NCBI GenBank assembly: GCA_017991395.1
Contig: JAGOQQ010000006.1
Coordinates: 66-64,065, forward strand
DNA length: 64,000 nt
Source: Minisyncoccota bacterium
Lineage (GTDB): Bacteria; Patescibacteriota; Minisyncoccia; Phycocordibacterales; UBA9973
Reading direction: 5' to 3'
Shown here piece by piece: positions 28,283-38,771 of the stretch; the stretch's first letter is position 1; every line of letters begins with the position of its first letter. The position numbers were made by a program, and so were the translations under genes. The notes beneath the pieces were generated by a model, which was not told where the DNA came from, did no database searches, and saw only the letters and a list, made by a program, of their open reading frames with translations.

Positions 28283-28293
28283 AATATTTATTG

Positions 28294-29184
28294 TTAAAGT
28301 TTTTGAATTACTCTTAATTTTGAACTTCGAGAGCGAGGATTTGATTTGATTTCCTCTTCGGTTGGTATAAGTGGTTTTTTGTTCACAAGAACGGCATTTG
28401 ATTCTTTGACGAGCTTTTGGAAATAGTGCTTTGCGATTCTATCTTCGAGACTATGAAATGTGATGACCGCTATTCTTCCATGTGGTGACAAAATTTTCCA
28501 CGCACCTTCTAGCCCTTCCTTGATTGCGTCGAGTTCACCGTTGACTGCAATGCGGATTGCTTGAAAAGTTCGTGTCGCTGGGTGAATCTTTCCGTGTACG
28601 TATGACATTGGAACTGATTTCTTGATCACATCCACAAGTTCAAATGTCGTCTTGATCGGCTGTACTTCGCGTGATGCGACAATTCCTTTTGCAATTCGAT
28701 ACGCATACTTTTCTTCTCCAAAGCCGCGGATTATGTCTGTGAGACTCTGTAGTGACCATGTGTTGACCACATCGTATGCAGTAACATCATCGTCAGTCAG
28801 ATTTTTCTTCATTGTCATCAGAAGAGGTTCGTCCCTTTGAAATGAAAATCCTCGTTCAGAATCATCGATCTGAAATGAACTCACTCCAAAATCAAACAGG
28901 ACTCTGTCAGCTTGAGCAAATGGAAGTCGCGCAAATAATGTATCAATCTCTCGGAAGTTTCCATGGACAAGGTGCGGTTCGCATCCTGCAGACTCGAGGC
29001 GAAGAAGTGATCGAGTGAGTGCGTCTTCATCTCTATCGATACCAATCAATGTGATTGTTCTACCGAATCGAGAACAGAGCGCTTCACTATGTCCACCTCC
29101 ACCAAGAGTTCCATCAATCACAACATCACCCTGCTTTACATCGAGCAATTCAAGCGTTTCTTTAAGTAGTACGGGAATATGCAT
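28294..29184 (-). CDS. rsmH: 16S rRNA (cytosine1402-N4)-methyltransferase RsmH (MraW)
   Basis: MHIPVLLKE...DGTLGGGGHS SAM-binding N-terminus. Confidence 0.9.
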   Translation of the reverse strand: MHIPVLLKETLELLDVKQGDVVIDGTLGGGGHSEALCSRFGRTITLIGIDRDEDALTRSLLRLESAGCEPHLVHGNFREIDTLFARLPFAQADRVLFDFGVSSFQIDDSERGFSFQRDEPLLMTMKKNLTDDDVTAYDVVNTWSLQSLTDIIRGFGEEKYAYRIAKGIVASREVQPIKTTFELVDVIKKSVPMSYVHGKIHPATRTFQAIRIAVNGELDAIKEGLEGAWKILSPHGRIAVITFHSLEDRIAKHYFQKLVKESNAVLVNKKPLIPTEEEIKSNPRSRSSKLRVIQKL

Positions 29185-29189
29185 ACAAA

Positions 29190-29624
29190 TTACATCAATC
29201 CGATATGACCAAGCTTTTCAGCGAGACTATCAGCTTCTTTGTCGACAGATTTCTTGTAATTTGCCCATACTTTGTCATTCCATACTTCAAGGTGATCTTG
29301 AACTCCGATAACAACTGTTTTGACCGCAAGCTTTGCTCTTTCTTTGAGAAAATCTGGAATCAAAATTCTTCCGAGCGAATCGACTTCTACCTCTGTAGCT
29401 TGTCCGTACATAAATCGCTGGAAACTACGATTGTCAGCTTTGAATGTTGAAAATTCTGAAAGCTTTGTTGATACACGTTGCCATTCTTTTTCTGTGAAGA
29501 TCGATATACATCCATCAAGCCCTGGAGCCACCACAACTGTCTTCCCCATTTCTTTTCGAAATTTGGCCGGGAGTGACAAACGATTTTTGTCGTCCAATGT
29601 ATGTGTGTACTCTCCGATAAGCAT
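29190..29624 (-). CDS. mraZ: Transcriptional regulator MraZ
   Basis: Duplicated DxxxR motifs (TLDDKNRLSLP...). Confidence 0.9.
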   Translation of the reverse strand: MLIGEYTHTLDDKNRLSLPAKFRKEMGKTVVVAPGLDGCISIFTEKEWQRVSTKLSEFSTFKADNRSFQRFMYGQATEVEVDSLGRILIPDFLKERAKLAVKTVVIGVQDHLEVWNDKVWANYKKSVDKEADSLAEKLGHIGLM

Positions 29625-29788
29625 GGTGTGTTCCGTGATCTGATAAATGTTTTTTGTGAGATTTTATAATTTACCACTTCATCCCACTTGAATAAAGTAT
29701 ACCCCACTTTATCCCACTATCAAAACAAAAATCCCACTTTAACTGTGGAAATCTTTTTTGGCTTTACATATTATTTTTTTGATGTATT

Positions 29789-30025
29789 ATGAAGAAAAAC
29801 AAGCACATGAAAGAATCGACAGAATCAGGCAAAAAGCCTTTGAAACCAAGAAATATTGATATCCCAAAAGAACCAGGGAGACCACTTGACCACCCTGCGT
29901 GGGACACATCAGTAATCAAGCCGGGCATTACACAGTATTCAGAAAATGAAGACACGCTTCAAGTGTCTACATTGTTACTAGGCGAAATGGCGTTAGTAAA
30001 AAATTTGAATAGTACAATTAAATAA
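29789..30025 (+). CDS. Hypothetical small basic protein (78 aa)
   Basis: ORF between mraZ and lysS with a terminator immediately after it; no homology. Confidence 0.3.
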   Translation: MKKNKHMKESTESGKKPLKPRNIDIPKEPGRPLDHPAWDTSVIKPGITQYSENEDTLQVSTLLLGEMALVKNLNSTIK

Positions 30026-30051
30026 TGATTGCACTTAAAATGTTCACGAAC

Positions 30052-30084
30052 AAAAATCCCGTCGCTTTAAAGCGACGGGATTTC
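30052..30084. terminator. Bidirectional terminator (aaatcccgtcgc tttaaa gcgacgggattt)
   Basis: 12-bp stem between convergent genes; overlaps the lysS stop. Confidence 0.65.
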
Positions 30085-31563
30085 TTATTCAACTATATGT
30101 TCATCATGCTTTGGTCTCATGAGTGGAAACAATTGTGTTTCGCGAACTGGCTTATCTACAAGAAAAGCAAACAATCTTTCTCCGAATCCAAATCCACACG
30201 TTGGAGGCATTCCATGTTCGAGCATTTCGACAAATTCCCATTCAGGCATCATTGCTTCTTCGTCGCCACGCTCAATGAGCTTTTGTTGGAGTTCAAATCG
30301 CGCACGCTGGTCAATAGGATCGTTCAATTCCGAAAATCCATTCCCTACTTCACTTCCTGCAATGAGTGGCTGAAAACGTTCTGTCTTTCGTGGATCAGAT
30401 TTCAATACCTTAGAAAGTGGTGACACGAGCAATGGATGGTGTACGAGAAATACTGGACCACTGATTTGCTTTCGACAATGTTTCCAGAGTGTGTCAGTAA
30501 GTCGTTCACGATTTGCACCCACATATTCTACGCCGAGTTCTTCGAGCTTCTTTTTCATTTCGTCTTCAGTCGCTTCGAGCACATCGACACCAGTGACCCG
30601 CTTTACTTCATCAACATAATCAACTCGTGGCCATGGTCTCTTTGAAAAATCAAATGTATGCCCGCGAGTAGTAAACTCAGTTTTTCCAAATACTTCTTTC
30701 GCAATTTTTTCATAAAGTTCTTCAACAAGCGTCATTCCGTCTTCGTAGTTTGCAAATGACCAATAAAATTCCATATTGGTAAATTCTTGCAAATGATCAG
30801 GACTTGTACCCTCATTTCGATACACACGTCCAATTTCAAATGTCTTATCAAATCCAGCTGACATCAATCTTTTTTGCCATAGCTCGCCCACTGAAATACG
30901 TAGGAATACATCAATATCAAAATCCTTGTGATGAGTCTTAAATGGATTTGCTTCTGCGCCACCAGTAGTGACTTCAAGTGTAGGAGTCTCCACGTCAGTA
31001 AACCCTTTTTCTTTCATAAATGTTCGTGTGACATCCCAAAACTTTGCCTTCAGTTCAAACATTGCGCGAAGTTCGGGATTCATCAAGATATCAAGATAGC
31101 GTTTTCGAAATCGCTCATCTGGGTCAGTGATGCCGTGCCATTTTTCTGGAAGCGGTGACAAAGATTTTGTGGCGAGAACCCATTCTTTTGCCAAAAGACT
31201 TTTTTCTCCTCTTTGTGTTTCAAACACTTTTCCAGTGACCGAAATAAAATCCCCAATATCGATTCCGTCAACAAAAAGTCCAAATAGAGTTTCGTCCATA
31301 TCATCTTTTTTGAACACGATTTGAAAAGTATCAGTACCGTCATACAGCGGGACAAAAAGTATTGCACCTTGTCCTCGGACCGACATAACTCTTCCCGCAA
31401 CAGAAATATTCTCTTCTTTTTTTACAAGTACATCAAAATCCTCACGCGCGTTTTTTAGTGAGTGAGTTTTTGGAACTTTTGATGGAAATGCTTCCATTCC
31501 TGCATCACGCAGGATGTTCATTTTTTTGAGACGTGAATCTCGTAATTCTTCAAGTGATGCCAT
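30085..31563 (-). CDS. lysS: Lysine--tRNA ligase, class II
   Basis: N-terminal OB anticodon-binding domain and class II motifs (FRNEGTSPDHLQEFTNMEFYWSFANYEDGM). Confidence 0.9.
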   Translation of the reverse strand: MASLEELRDSRLKKMNILRDAGMEAFPSKVPKTHSLKNAREDFDVLVKKEENISVAGRVMSVRGQGAILFVPLYDGTDTFQIVFKKDDMDETLFGLFVDGIDIGDFISVTGKVFETQRGEKSLLAKEWVLATKSLSPLPEKWHGITDPDERFRKRYLDILMNPELRAMFELKAKFWDVTRTFMKEKGFTDVETPTLEVTTGGAEANPFKTHHKDFDIDVFLRISVGELWQKRLMSAGFDKTFEIGRVYRNEGTSPDHLQEFTNMEFYWSFANYEDGMTLVEELYEKIAKEVFGKTEFTTRGHTFDFSKRPWPRVDYVDEVKRVTGVDVLEATEDEMKKKLEELGVEYVGANRERLTDTLWKHCRKQISGPVFLVHHPLLVSPLSKVLKSDPRKTERFQPLIAGSEVGNGFSELNDPIDQRARFELQQKLIERGDEEAMMPEWEFVEMLEHGMPPTCGFGFGERLFAFLVDKPVRETQLFPLMRPKHDEHIVE

Positions 31564-31641
31564 AAAAGAAGTATAAATTAAAAAGGTTAAAGTTGAAAGT
31601 TAAAAGGCCCACACCGTAGGCGCAGACCTTTCACCGAGATA

Positions 31642-32109
31642 CTATTCAATATCTACAATTGTGTAGCTGAATGTTGCTTTTGGTGTTGTAAATGAGACAG
31701 TGTCTCCTTTTTTGTGACCAAAAAGTGCTTCTCCGAGCGGAGATTTGTGTGAAATTTTTCCAGTTGCCATATCGGCTTCTTCTTGTCCAACGATTTGATA
31801 TGTCTGTGTCTCTTTTGCGCCTTCTTTTTTTACTTTGACAGTAGATCCAACTTCAACATTTGTACTGTGGTGCTTTTTCATTACAACAGAGTCCTTCAAA
31901 ATTTGTTCAATTTTCAAAATTCTTTCTTCAAGCTTTCCCTGTTCTTCGCGTGCCTGGTGATACTCTGCATTTTCAGAAAGATCTCCAAGTGATTTCGCGT
32001 ATTCAAGTGCGTCAAGAATTTCTTTTCGCTTAACTGACTTGAGTTCAAGAAGCTCTTGCTCGAGTGCAATTTTCTTCTCTTGTGTTATATATGTTGCTTC
32101 TTTATCCAT
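31642..32109 (-). CDS. greA: Transcription elongation factor GreA
   Basis: Coiled-coil N-domain with GDLSENAEYHQAREEQ and an FKBP-like C-domain. Start set at an internal Met (MDKEATY). Confidence 0.85.
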   Translation of the reverse strand: MDKEATYITQEKKIALEQELLELKSVKRKEILDALEYAKSLGDLSENAEYHQAREEQGKLEERILKIEQILKDSVVMKKHHSTNVEVGSTVKVKKEGAKETQTYQIVGQEEADMATGKISHKSPLGEALFGHKKGDTVSFTTPKATFSYTIVDIE

Positions 32110-32150
32110 GACGCCCATTATACTTGATTTTAAGGCTAGGGTCAACGAAG

Positions 32151-33854
32151 CTATTCGAAGTACTCTGGCGCATACAATGCCATCCAGCGGGCTAATTCCC
32201 CCATTGCCTGTGCGGCTCCAATCTTGTTTGAAGATGGTGAATTCTCCATTAAGACGGTAAATGCATACCGTGGCTTATCATACGGAAAAAATCCGATGAC
32301 CCAGGAATTTATTGCTTTCTTTGACAATCCAACTTGAGCAGTACCAGTTTTTGCAGCAATCTCAACATTTGAAATATTTAGTGCCCCACCTGTACCACTT
32401 GTTACCACCATACGCATTCCTTCATGTATTATTGAATAATTTGAATCTTTAATTTGAAGTGATTCGTTTGATAATTTTGATGGATCAATATCTTTGTATA
32501 CATGTGGTGTAACCAACCTACCCCTAGAAGCAACTGCACCAACTGCTCTGACCATCTGTACAGGTGTAACCTGAAAACCATACTGACCAATAGCTGTATG
32601 ATACGTATCTCCGAGTCGCCATGGATCACCAGGAAATTTTTTTGATTTCCATTCCACGCTAGGAATATTTCCAATCTTCTCACCTTCTATATCTATTCCT
32701 GTTTTTGATGCAATACCAAACATTCTTGTGTACTTTTCTATGTTAGCAATACCTATTCCTTTTTGATCCTGATATCCTCCACTAATAATATAAAAGTACG
32801 TGTTCACTGATTCAGATAGTGCTTTCTTCATATCGGTGTATCCATGTCCTTCTTCTTTCCAATCTTTAAAAACAGACTTTAACTCTGGGTGATATGGGTT
32901 TGGAATAATCAGCGCACCTGAGCTGTAAAAATTTCTATATGGATCAACAACACTTTCCTGTAACGCACCAATTGCAACAAAAGGTTTAACAATAGATCCT
33001 GGAGTATAAACTCCAGATATAGCACGATTAATAAAAGGTTTTTTGAAAGTATCAAGCAAATATGATTGTATTGCCTCTTTATCTTCTCCTGTTGCCAAAA
33101 TATTTGGATCATACTCAGGATAGCTAGTCATTGCAATCAATTCTCCATTTTGAATATCCATAATTAACCCTGCTCCTCCTCGATATCCAGCACGTTCAGC
33201 TAATCCTACAATCGCTTCATATAATTTCGACTGAATTCTTGAATCAACAGTGAGGGTTAGGTTTGCTCCATGAACAGGTGGGTTAAGTGCACTTCCTGCT
33301 TTTGTGTTACCCAGAGCATCTGTTTCAAATAACCTCGCTCCATTTTTTCCGGCAATAATTTCATCATACTCATCCTCAACTCCGTCTTTTCCAATGTATT
33401 CAGTTTGCCAATAATGTCCGTCGCTATCTTTTTCTGGATAACTTACATAACCAAGTAAATGCGCAAATCCTGGACTATTGATATACCTACGGAGTAGGTA
33501 TGGTTCACCTTTATCATGTACAACATTCCAAGCGAGCTCTATACCGTTTCTATCATAAATAACACCTCTGTCTGCAAAAAGCGGCTCTGATTTTAAACTG
33601 TTCTTTTCACTTATTTCAAAATAGGCACTACCTTTATTTAACTGCAACACTGCAAGTCTTGAAATAAATACTATGCCGGCAAAAAGAAAAACCACTCCTA
33701 AAAAAACCACACTCCCTTTACCGATTGGCTTTTCGAGTCTGCCTTCAAACTGCTGTGTATCAAACTCAGGAATATTCTGAGCATCCATAAATATTTCATC
33801 CGGTTCAATCTCAGCGTTAAATCTATTTTTCTTGAATCTTCTACGAATGATCAT
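32151..33854 (-). CDS. mrdA: Peptidoglycan D,D-transpeptidase, class B PBP (PBP2/MrdA-type, elongasome)
   Basis: N-terminal TM, PBP dimer domain and a transpeptidase domain with GSIVKP (SxxK). It is preceded by a small polytopic membrane gene, as in mreD-mrdA arrangements. Confidence 0.8.
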   Translation of the reverse strand: MIIRRRFKKNRFNAEIEPDEIFMDAQNIPEFDTQQFEGRLEKPIGKGSVVFLGVVFLFAGIVFISRLAVLQLNKGSAYFEISEKNSLKSEPLFADRGVIYDRNGIELAWNVVHDKGEPYLLRRYINSPGFAHLLGYVSYPEKDSDGHYWQTEYIGKDGVEDEYDEIIAGKNGARLFETDALGNTKAGSALNPPVHGANLTLTVDSRIQSKLYEAIVGLAERAGYRGGAGLIMDIQNGELIAMTSYPEYDPNILATGEDKEAIQSYLLDTFKKPFINRAISGVYTPGSIVKPFVAIGALQESVVDPYRNFYSSGALIIPNPYHPELKSVFKDWKEEGHGYTDMKKALSESVNTYFYIISGGYQDQKGIGIANIEKYTRMFGIASKTGIDIEGEKIGNIPSVEWKSKKFPGDPWRLGDTYHTAIGQYGFQVTPVQMVRAVGAVASRGRLVTPHVYKDIDPSKLSNESLQIKDSNYSIIHEGMRMVVTSGTGGALNISNVEIAAKTGTAQVGLSKKAINSWVIGFFPYDKPRYAFTVLMENSPSSNKIGAAQAMGELARWMALYAPEYFE

Positions 33855-34218
33855 ATATAAATCTTAATTTGTCTCGAAGCACCAAACTTACCATAAAAAA
33901 ACATCCCGTAATCAGTGTTGTCGAATAGCTTAAGTGCATGAATCCACCACTTTTATATCCAAACAACATATCAGAAATTACAGCAAGAATAACTCCTTCA
34001 GTGTACTTTTTAAAAACAAACATAGACAGCACTATCAAACCAACATAGTAATACCAAGGCAAAAAAATCACACATAAAAAAATAAAAAATGTTGTGAGAT
34101 TTCTTTTGGCTTGGTTCGACATAATCTCATTATAAAGGAAAAGTTCTACTTTTGTAAGTGTTTGACCTTTTTGTATAAAAGTGGTATTATTTTTTAAATC
34201 GAACATAAACAACTTCAT
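33841..34218 (-). CDS. Small polytopic membrane protein, possibly MreD-like
   Basis: Three hydrophobic segments and a position directly upstream of the PBP2 gene; no sequence motif confirmed. Confidence 0.35.
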   Translation of the reverse strand: MKLFMFDLKNNTTFIQKGQTLTKVELFLYNEIMSNQAKRNLTTFFIFLCVIFLPWYYYVGLIVLSMFVFKKYTEGVILAVISDMLFGYKSGGFMHLSYSTTLITGCFFMVSLVLRDKLRFIYDHS

Positions 34219-34220
34219 AT

Positions 34221-35090
34221 ATGAGACAGCTCAAGATAGTCAAATCAATTACAAACCGCGAATCAGCGAGTTTTGAAAAATATCTCCAAGAGATTGGAAA
34301 GGAAGAACTAATAACCGCACAACAAGAAATTGATCTTGCACGAAGAATTAGAGCCAACGATCAACAAGCACTAGAAAAGCTGACCAGAGCAAATCTTCGA
34401 TTTGTTGTATCTGTAGCAAAGCAGTATCAAAATCAAGGACTCGCACTTCCTGATTTAATCAATGAAGGAAACATTGGTCTGATAAAAGCCGCAAAACGCT
34501 TTGATGAAACGCGTGGGTTCAAATTTATTTCATACGCCGTGTGGTGGATTCGCCAATCAATCTTGCAAGCAATTGCAGAACAAGCACGCATTGTGCGATT
34601 GCCATTAAATCAACTCGGCTTTAAAAACAAGGTAAAAAAAGCACTTCTCGATCTTGAGCAAAAACTTGAGAGAGAACCTTCTGGTGACGAAATTGCAGAA
34701 GTGCTCGACACGACACGTGATGCGATTAGTGATACTCTACGTGTATCAATTAAGCATACATCGCTTGATGCACCGTTGTCTGACCATGAAGAATCAACTC
34801 TTTATGACTTAATCCAAGACACGGAATCACCATCCCCAATGGATCTGCTTGATATTGAATCATTACAAAAGGAAGTGGAGCGTTGCCTTTCAATTCTAGA
34901 AAACAGAGAAAAGGATGTAATCAAGATGTCATTTGGATTAACAGAAGATGGATATTCAATGACACTGGAAGAGATTGGAGAACGTTTTGATCTTACAAGA
35001 GAAAGAGTGAGGCAAATAAGAGAGAAAGCGCTGAGAAGACTTCGACACAGTCACGGAAGTCGACTTCTCAAAAAATTTCTCCTGCAGTAA
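34221..35090 (+). CDS. RNA polymerase sigma-70 factor (short RpoD/SigA-like), paralog B
   Basis: Same architecture as 21949-22821: MRQLKIVK...YLQEIG...[13 protein letters not shown], region 4 [18 protein letters not shown]. Confidence 0.85.
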   Translation: MRQLKIVKSITNRESASFEKYLQEIGKEELITAQQEIDLARRIRANDQQALEKLTRANLRFVVSVAKQYQNQGLALPDLINEGNIGLIKAAKRFDETRGFKFISYAVWWIRQSILQAIAEQARIVRLPLNQLGFKNKVKKALLDLEQKLEREPSGDEIAEVLDTTRDAISDTLRVSIKHTSLDAPLSDHEESTLYDLIQDTESPSPMDLLDIESLQKEVERCLSILENREKDVIKMSFGLTEDGYSMTLEEIGERFDLTRERVRQIREKALRRLRHSHGSRLLKKFLLQ

Positions 35091-35094
35091 TGCA

Positions 35095-35124
35095 CAATGG
35101 TGCCCCGTCAGGGGCACCATTTTT
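35095..35124. terminator. Bidirectional terminator (atggtgcccc gtca ggggcaccat + T7)
   Basis: Perfect 10-bp GC-rich stem with a T-run, between convergent genes. Confidence 0.75.
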
Positions 35125-36009
35125 TTAATTTCTCACACTTCTATAAATTGTACGCAGTATCAAAAATACAATCAGAATTCCAAGACCGTAAAACACAAAC
35201 ATATTTCCTAGAATAAATGCGAGGAGTGAGTAGAAAAAAATTGAAATATAATGTAATGGCTTTTTCAATATATTTTCACCACTTGAATCAACATATGTTT
35301 GTTTTACATAATTGTCGACATCAGCTTCTTCTTTTGCGCGAAGTCTGTTTTCATAATACTCATTGAGTGCGTCGAGCAACACCTTTTCGTCTTCTTTCTT
35401 TTCTTCAAAATGTTCTTCCCACGTTTCTCTAAAATTTTCAATTCCTACTGTAGTACTTGAAATCTTTTCTTCGATATTGTCAGGCGTTTTATCTTTGAGA
35501 AAATCAGTAGCTTTTGAAACTTCGGCGCCCAAAGAATCCTTATTTACTGAAACATCAGAGACAAGAATGGTGTTATCCTCACTTGATTCATCTGCTTTCA
35601 CTACAGCTTTTTTTACATACACATTGTCTTTTTTTGTCTCCGGACTCGTAGGAACTACGCTTATCTTTTTGCCACCAGCTTCGACTTGCGACACCTGTGA
35701 AAATCGTGCTGAAAACTGATGCTCACCTTCGGTAACTTTCCAATCTAGTGATACGACTTTTGCGTCGTTTTTTTCTATAGTGACCTTTTTTTCTCCCAGC
35801 ACTACATCTCTGTCCAAAAATTGCACTACTCCGGATAGTGTCACATTTTCGCTGTTTAAGACAAGAGTTGAAATTGTGACAACTTCACCAGCAACGAATT
35901 CATTTTTTGAATACCACATTTCCTTTTCTGGAAATCCAATCTGCTCTGCACCGACAATGTGCGGAGCAGAGAAAATAAACAACATCACAAAAAATACAAT
36001 ACACTTTTT
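35125..36009 (-). CDS. Hypothetical exported protein with N-terminal signal peptide and C-terminal TM anchor
   Basis: MKKCIVFFVMLFIFSAPHIVGA signal-like N-terminus and a C-terminal hydrophobic stretch (LLAFILGNMFVFYGLGILIVFLIL). Confidence 0.5.
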   Translation of the reverse strand, partial: KKCIVFFVMLFIFSAPHIVGAEQIGFPEKEMWYSKNEFVAGEVVTISTLVLNSENVTLSGVVQFLDRDVVLGEKKVTIEKNDAKVVSLDWKVTEGEHQFSARFSQVSQVEAGGKKISVVPTSPETKKDNVYVKKAVVKADESSEDNTILVSDVSVNKDSLGAEVSKATDFLKDKTPDNIEEKISSTTVGIENFRETWEEHFEEKKEDEKVLLDALNEYYENRLRAKEEADVDNYVKQTYVDSSGENILKKPLHYISIFFYSLLAFILGNMFVFYGLGILIVFLILRTIYRSVRN

Positions 36010-36070
36010 CATATACTTAAAGAATAGCACACCACCGCACAGTTTCCTGTGCGGTGGTGTGAATTTTGAA

Positions 36071-36805
36071 CTATTTTACAGAAAATGTGGCTTTGACTGT
36101 CACCATAATTTCCTTTTGAATTTTTGAGGTGTCGTATGAACCATAATCAGAAACTTCTGTTGAGTTTGGAGTGAGTACCTGCACTACACCAGAAGATGCT
36201 GATTTGAGTGTTCCAACCTTTCCACCGGTAGATTCTGCAAGCTTAGCTGCACGATTCTTTGCATCAACCAAGGCATCTGAAAGCAATTCGACGCGCATTT
36301 CAGGAAGTTTTGAATAATAATATTCTGGAGAATTACTCTGGAATATTATTCCTTTGTTGATAACAGTTTGAATGTTTTTTGATACATCAGTAATCTTGAC
36401 CACGTCGTCAGACTGAATCTCAAACGTTTGAGTAAGGTTGTACTCTTTTGTTTCGGCTGTAGCGTATTGCTGCCAATTTTCATTCATGAAAACCGGTGAT
36501 GTAATAATTGCCTCAGCTGGAATACCTTTCTCTTTGAAAAATGCTTGAACTTCCTCCAGATCTCGAGAAAGCTGTGCGTACCCTCCTTTGAGTGCAGAAA
36601 TCTTTACAGTACGAGTAATGCTTGATGTCCATTTCACTCTGTCTGATGTGACTTCTCGCTTTGCTGATCCAGTCACCGAGAGATCATTGTCGTAAGACTT
36701 AATTTTGTACAAAATACCCGCTCCAATCAATGCGCTCGTTATCATACTTGCGCCTAGAATGATTCCAAATATAGTCAATGCTCTTGTTCGTGTATCTGTT
36801 TCCAT
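36071..36805 (-). CDS. SIMPL/DUF541-family periplasmic protein
   Basis: N-terminal TM and a C-terminal ...KIQKEIMVTVKATFSVK pattern typical of SIMPL domain proteins. Confidence 0.55.
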   Translation of the reverse strand: METDTRTRALTIFGIILGASMITSALIGAGILYKIKSYDNDLSVTGSAKREVTSDRVKWTSSITRTVKISALKGGYAQLSRDLEEVQAFFKEKGIPAEAIITSPVFMNENWQQYATAETKEYNLTQTFEIQSDDVVKITDVSKNIQTVINKGIIFQSNSPEYYYSKLPEMRVELLSDALVDAKNRAAKLAESTGGKVGTLKSASSGVVQVLTPNSTEVSDYGSYDTSKIQKEIMVTVKATFSVK

Positions 36806-36860
36806 AAAAAATAGGTTGATGAGTAATACTCAAAGTATACCACAAATTACTGTCTAATTT

Positions 36861-37352
36861 TTATCCAAAAAGATACGTTGCAAAAATTCCTATAAACACA
36901 AATGCGAGTGCAAAATTTACCATAATTCCAACCACCACGCCGAGCACTGCACCTGTTGCGGCACGAATCGCTTTGTGATGGTCTTTGTAGGTAAGAATCT
37001 CAGAGAGCACTACTCCTGCAAAAAGCCCAAGGAGTGAGCCAAACGGTGGCATAATCAAAGTTCCAAGAAGCATACCAACAAATCCGTAGATGAGTGATTT
37101 CTTCCCTGCACCTCCATATTTTGCTCCAATAATTCCTGCAAGAAAATCAACAAAAATTGAAACTATCATTATGACCGCAAACACCAACAAATTCTCTACA
37201 GAAAGTGTTGTGAATTTTGTCACCACTGCATAGCCAAATACTGTGAGAAACATAAACGGAATTGCAGGCAACGCCGGTATGAGCGTCATAAACATACTTC
37301 CAACTAGAAGTAAAAATGTCACAAATAGTAATGCAAATTCTCCCATTCCCAT
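36861..37352 (-). CDS. DUF456-like small polytopic membrane protein
   Basis: Four TM segments with GxxGAxxGG-type glycine motifs. Confidence 0.5.
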   Translation of the reverse strand: MGMGEFALLFVTFLLLVGSMFMTLIPALPAIPFMFLTVFGYAVVTKFTTLSVENLLVFAVIMIVSIFVDFLAGIIGAKYGGAGKKSLIYGFVGMLLGTLIMPPFGSLLGLFAGVVLSEILTYKDHHKAIRAATGAVLGVVVGIMVNFALAFVFIGIFATYLFG

Positions 37353-37364
37353 AATAATTTTAGA

Positions 37365-38024
37365 TTAGCGTAATAAATTTGGTACAACAAAAAATCCATA
37401 GAGTACCGCCGTAAAATTGAAGATTGCGTGAGCAATCGAAATCAAAATCAAATTTGGGTATCTTAAGTACATCATAGCAAACGCAAGCCCACCCAAAAAC
37501 GCGAGTGGCAAACTGATTAATGCATCAGGATAAATTATGTGCATGAATGCAAACAAGAGTGCAGTAATAAATACAATTCGCACAGGAGACTTGTACACCC
37601 TGTGTAGTACTGGAATCAAGAAACCTTGGTATGCAAATTGTTGAAATGCTGAAACTGGTATAAACAAGAGGAACAAATGGAGCGCGTTGTCTGTTGAAAT
37701 TTTTGGCGACATTCCATTGAGTCCCGCAGAGCCTATAATAAAAAATATTCCAATGAGTGCAAATATAATATACGGCTTGAGTTCTTTTTCTGTATGAAAT
37801 TCTCGAATACCAAGCATTTCCATATTCCATTTTTCTTTTCGCACAATTCCATAAATCATCAGTGCACAGAAAGCGAGTACAAAAAATCTCGCTTCAATCG
37901 GTATAATATTGAAATAGAGTAATGTAACAGGAGCAACAAAAAGCATAAATACCTGATACAACCCAAAAGGCAAATTTTTTAGGGATGATGATTTAAATGA
38001 AAGATCGAAGTGTGTTTTATTCAT
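37365..38024 (-). CDS. CPBP-family intramembrane metalloprotease (CAAX protease / Abi)
   Basis: FAFMH and IAHAIFN motifs (CPBP motifs 2 and 3) in a polytopic membrane protein. Confidence 0.7.
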   Translation of the reverse strand: MNKTHFDLSFKSSSLKNLPFGLYQVFMLFVAPVTLLYFNIIPIEARFFVLAFCALMIYGIVRKEKWNMEMLGIREFHTEKELKPYIIFALIGIFFIIGSAGLNGMSPKISTDNALHLFLLFIPVSAFQQFAYQGFLIPVLHRVYKSPVRIVFITALLFAFMHIIYPDALISLPLAFLGGLAFAMMYLRYPNLILISIAHAIFNFTAVLYGFFVVPNLLR

Positions 38025-38027
38025 AGA

Positions 38028-38687
38028 TTATTTTTCCTCATCTGACACACCGAGAGTGCGGTCGATTACCTCTTGTACAATTTGGGTGCTTGTATGAGAT
38101 AGATTAAAAATAATTGCAAACGTATAGAACGCGAGTGAAATTTTGACACTGTAAAAGCTCACAAGTATCGCAACAAGTGCTGAAAAAAGCGGCAAAAGCG
38201 TGCGCAATGTACCATTTCGAAGCTCCTTCTTGGTGACACGCGGATTTTTGATTTCTGGTGAGTGTATAACATAACTTCGCATCCACAACACACAAAGACT
38301 AATCAGTATCATATGCACACCAAAAATCACTACAGCTGCCTGAGTCTCACTGTATTGCCCCAAAAGCTGACTTGAAAACGGGACCAGCCCTATCAACAAA
38401 AAGAATAGTGCATTGATATTTGTCAGTTTTGAATCTATATTCTTTGCGTACACAGACACAATATAATGATGCGCGCGCCAATACGTAAAAAGAAGTGCGA
38501 ACGAAAGTAGATAACTTAGAAAATTTGGAATTACTTCAAACAGCGCCACAATCAAATCAACGTTCTCTGGAATTCCACTAAGCTGTGGCACTCTGATCTC
38601 CAACACCAAAAGTGTCATTACGATTGCAAAAATACCATCAGACAATTCGTCAAGACGTGATTGCTTAATTGTATTTGAAGTTGCCAT
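38028..38687 (-). CDS. DUF1211 / TMEM175-family putative potassium channel
   Basis: RLDELSDGIFAIVMTLLVLEI signature in TM1 and six predicted TMs. Confidence 0.7.
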   Translation of the reverse strand: MATSNTIKQSRLDELSDGIFAIVMTLLVLEIRVPQLSGIPENVDLIVALFEVIPNFLSYLLSFALLFTYWRAHHYIVSVYAKNIDSKLTNINALFFLLIGLVPFSSQLLGQYSETQAAVVIFGVHMILISLCVLWMRSYVIHSPEIKNPRVTKKELRNGTLRTLLPLFSALVAILVSFYSVKISLAFYTFAIIFNLSHTSTQIVQEVIDRTLGVSDEEK

Positions 38688-38771
38688 ACTTATTTCAGTA
38701 TATAAGAAATTTTAAAATTGTACTGTGCAAAAAAATTGTTACGAGATTTATTTCAAAATCATCACGATGTA

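Noticed and set aside
31601-31641. Possible terminator hairpin downstream of greA (aaaggcccacaccgtaggcgcagaccttt)
   Set aside because: The arms are only weakly complementary (about 5 bp) and there is no clear T-run, so it was not called.
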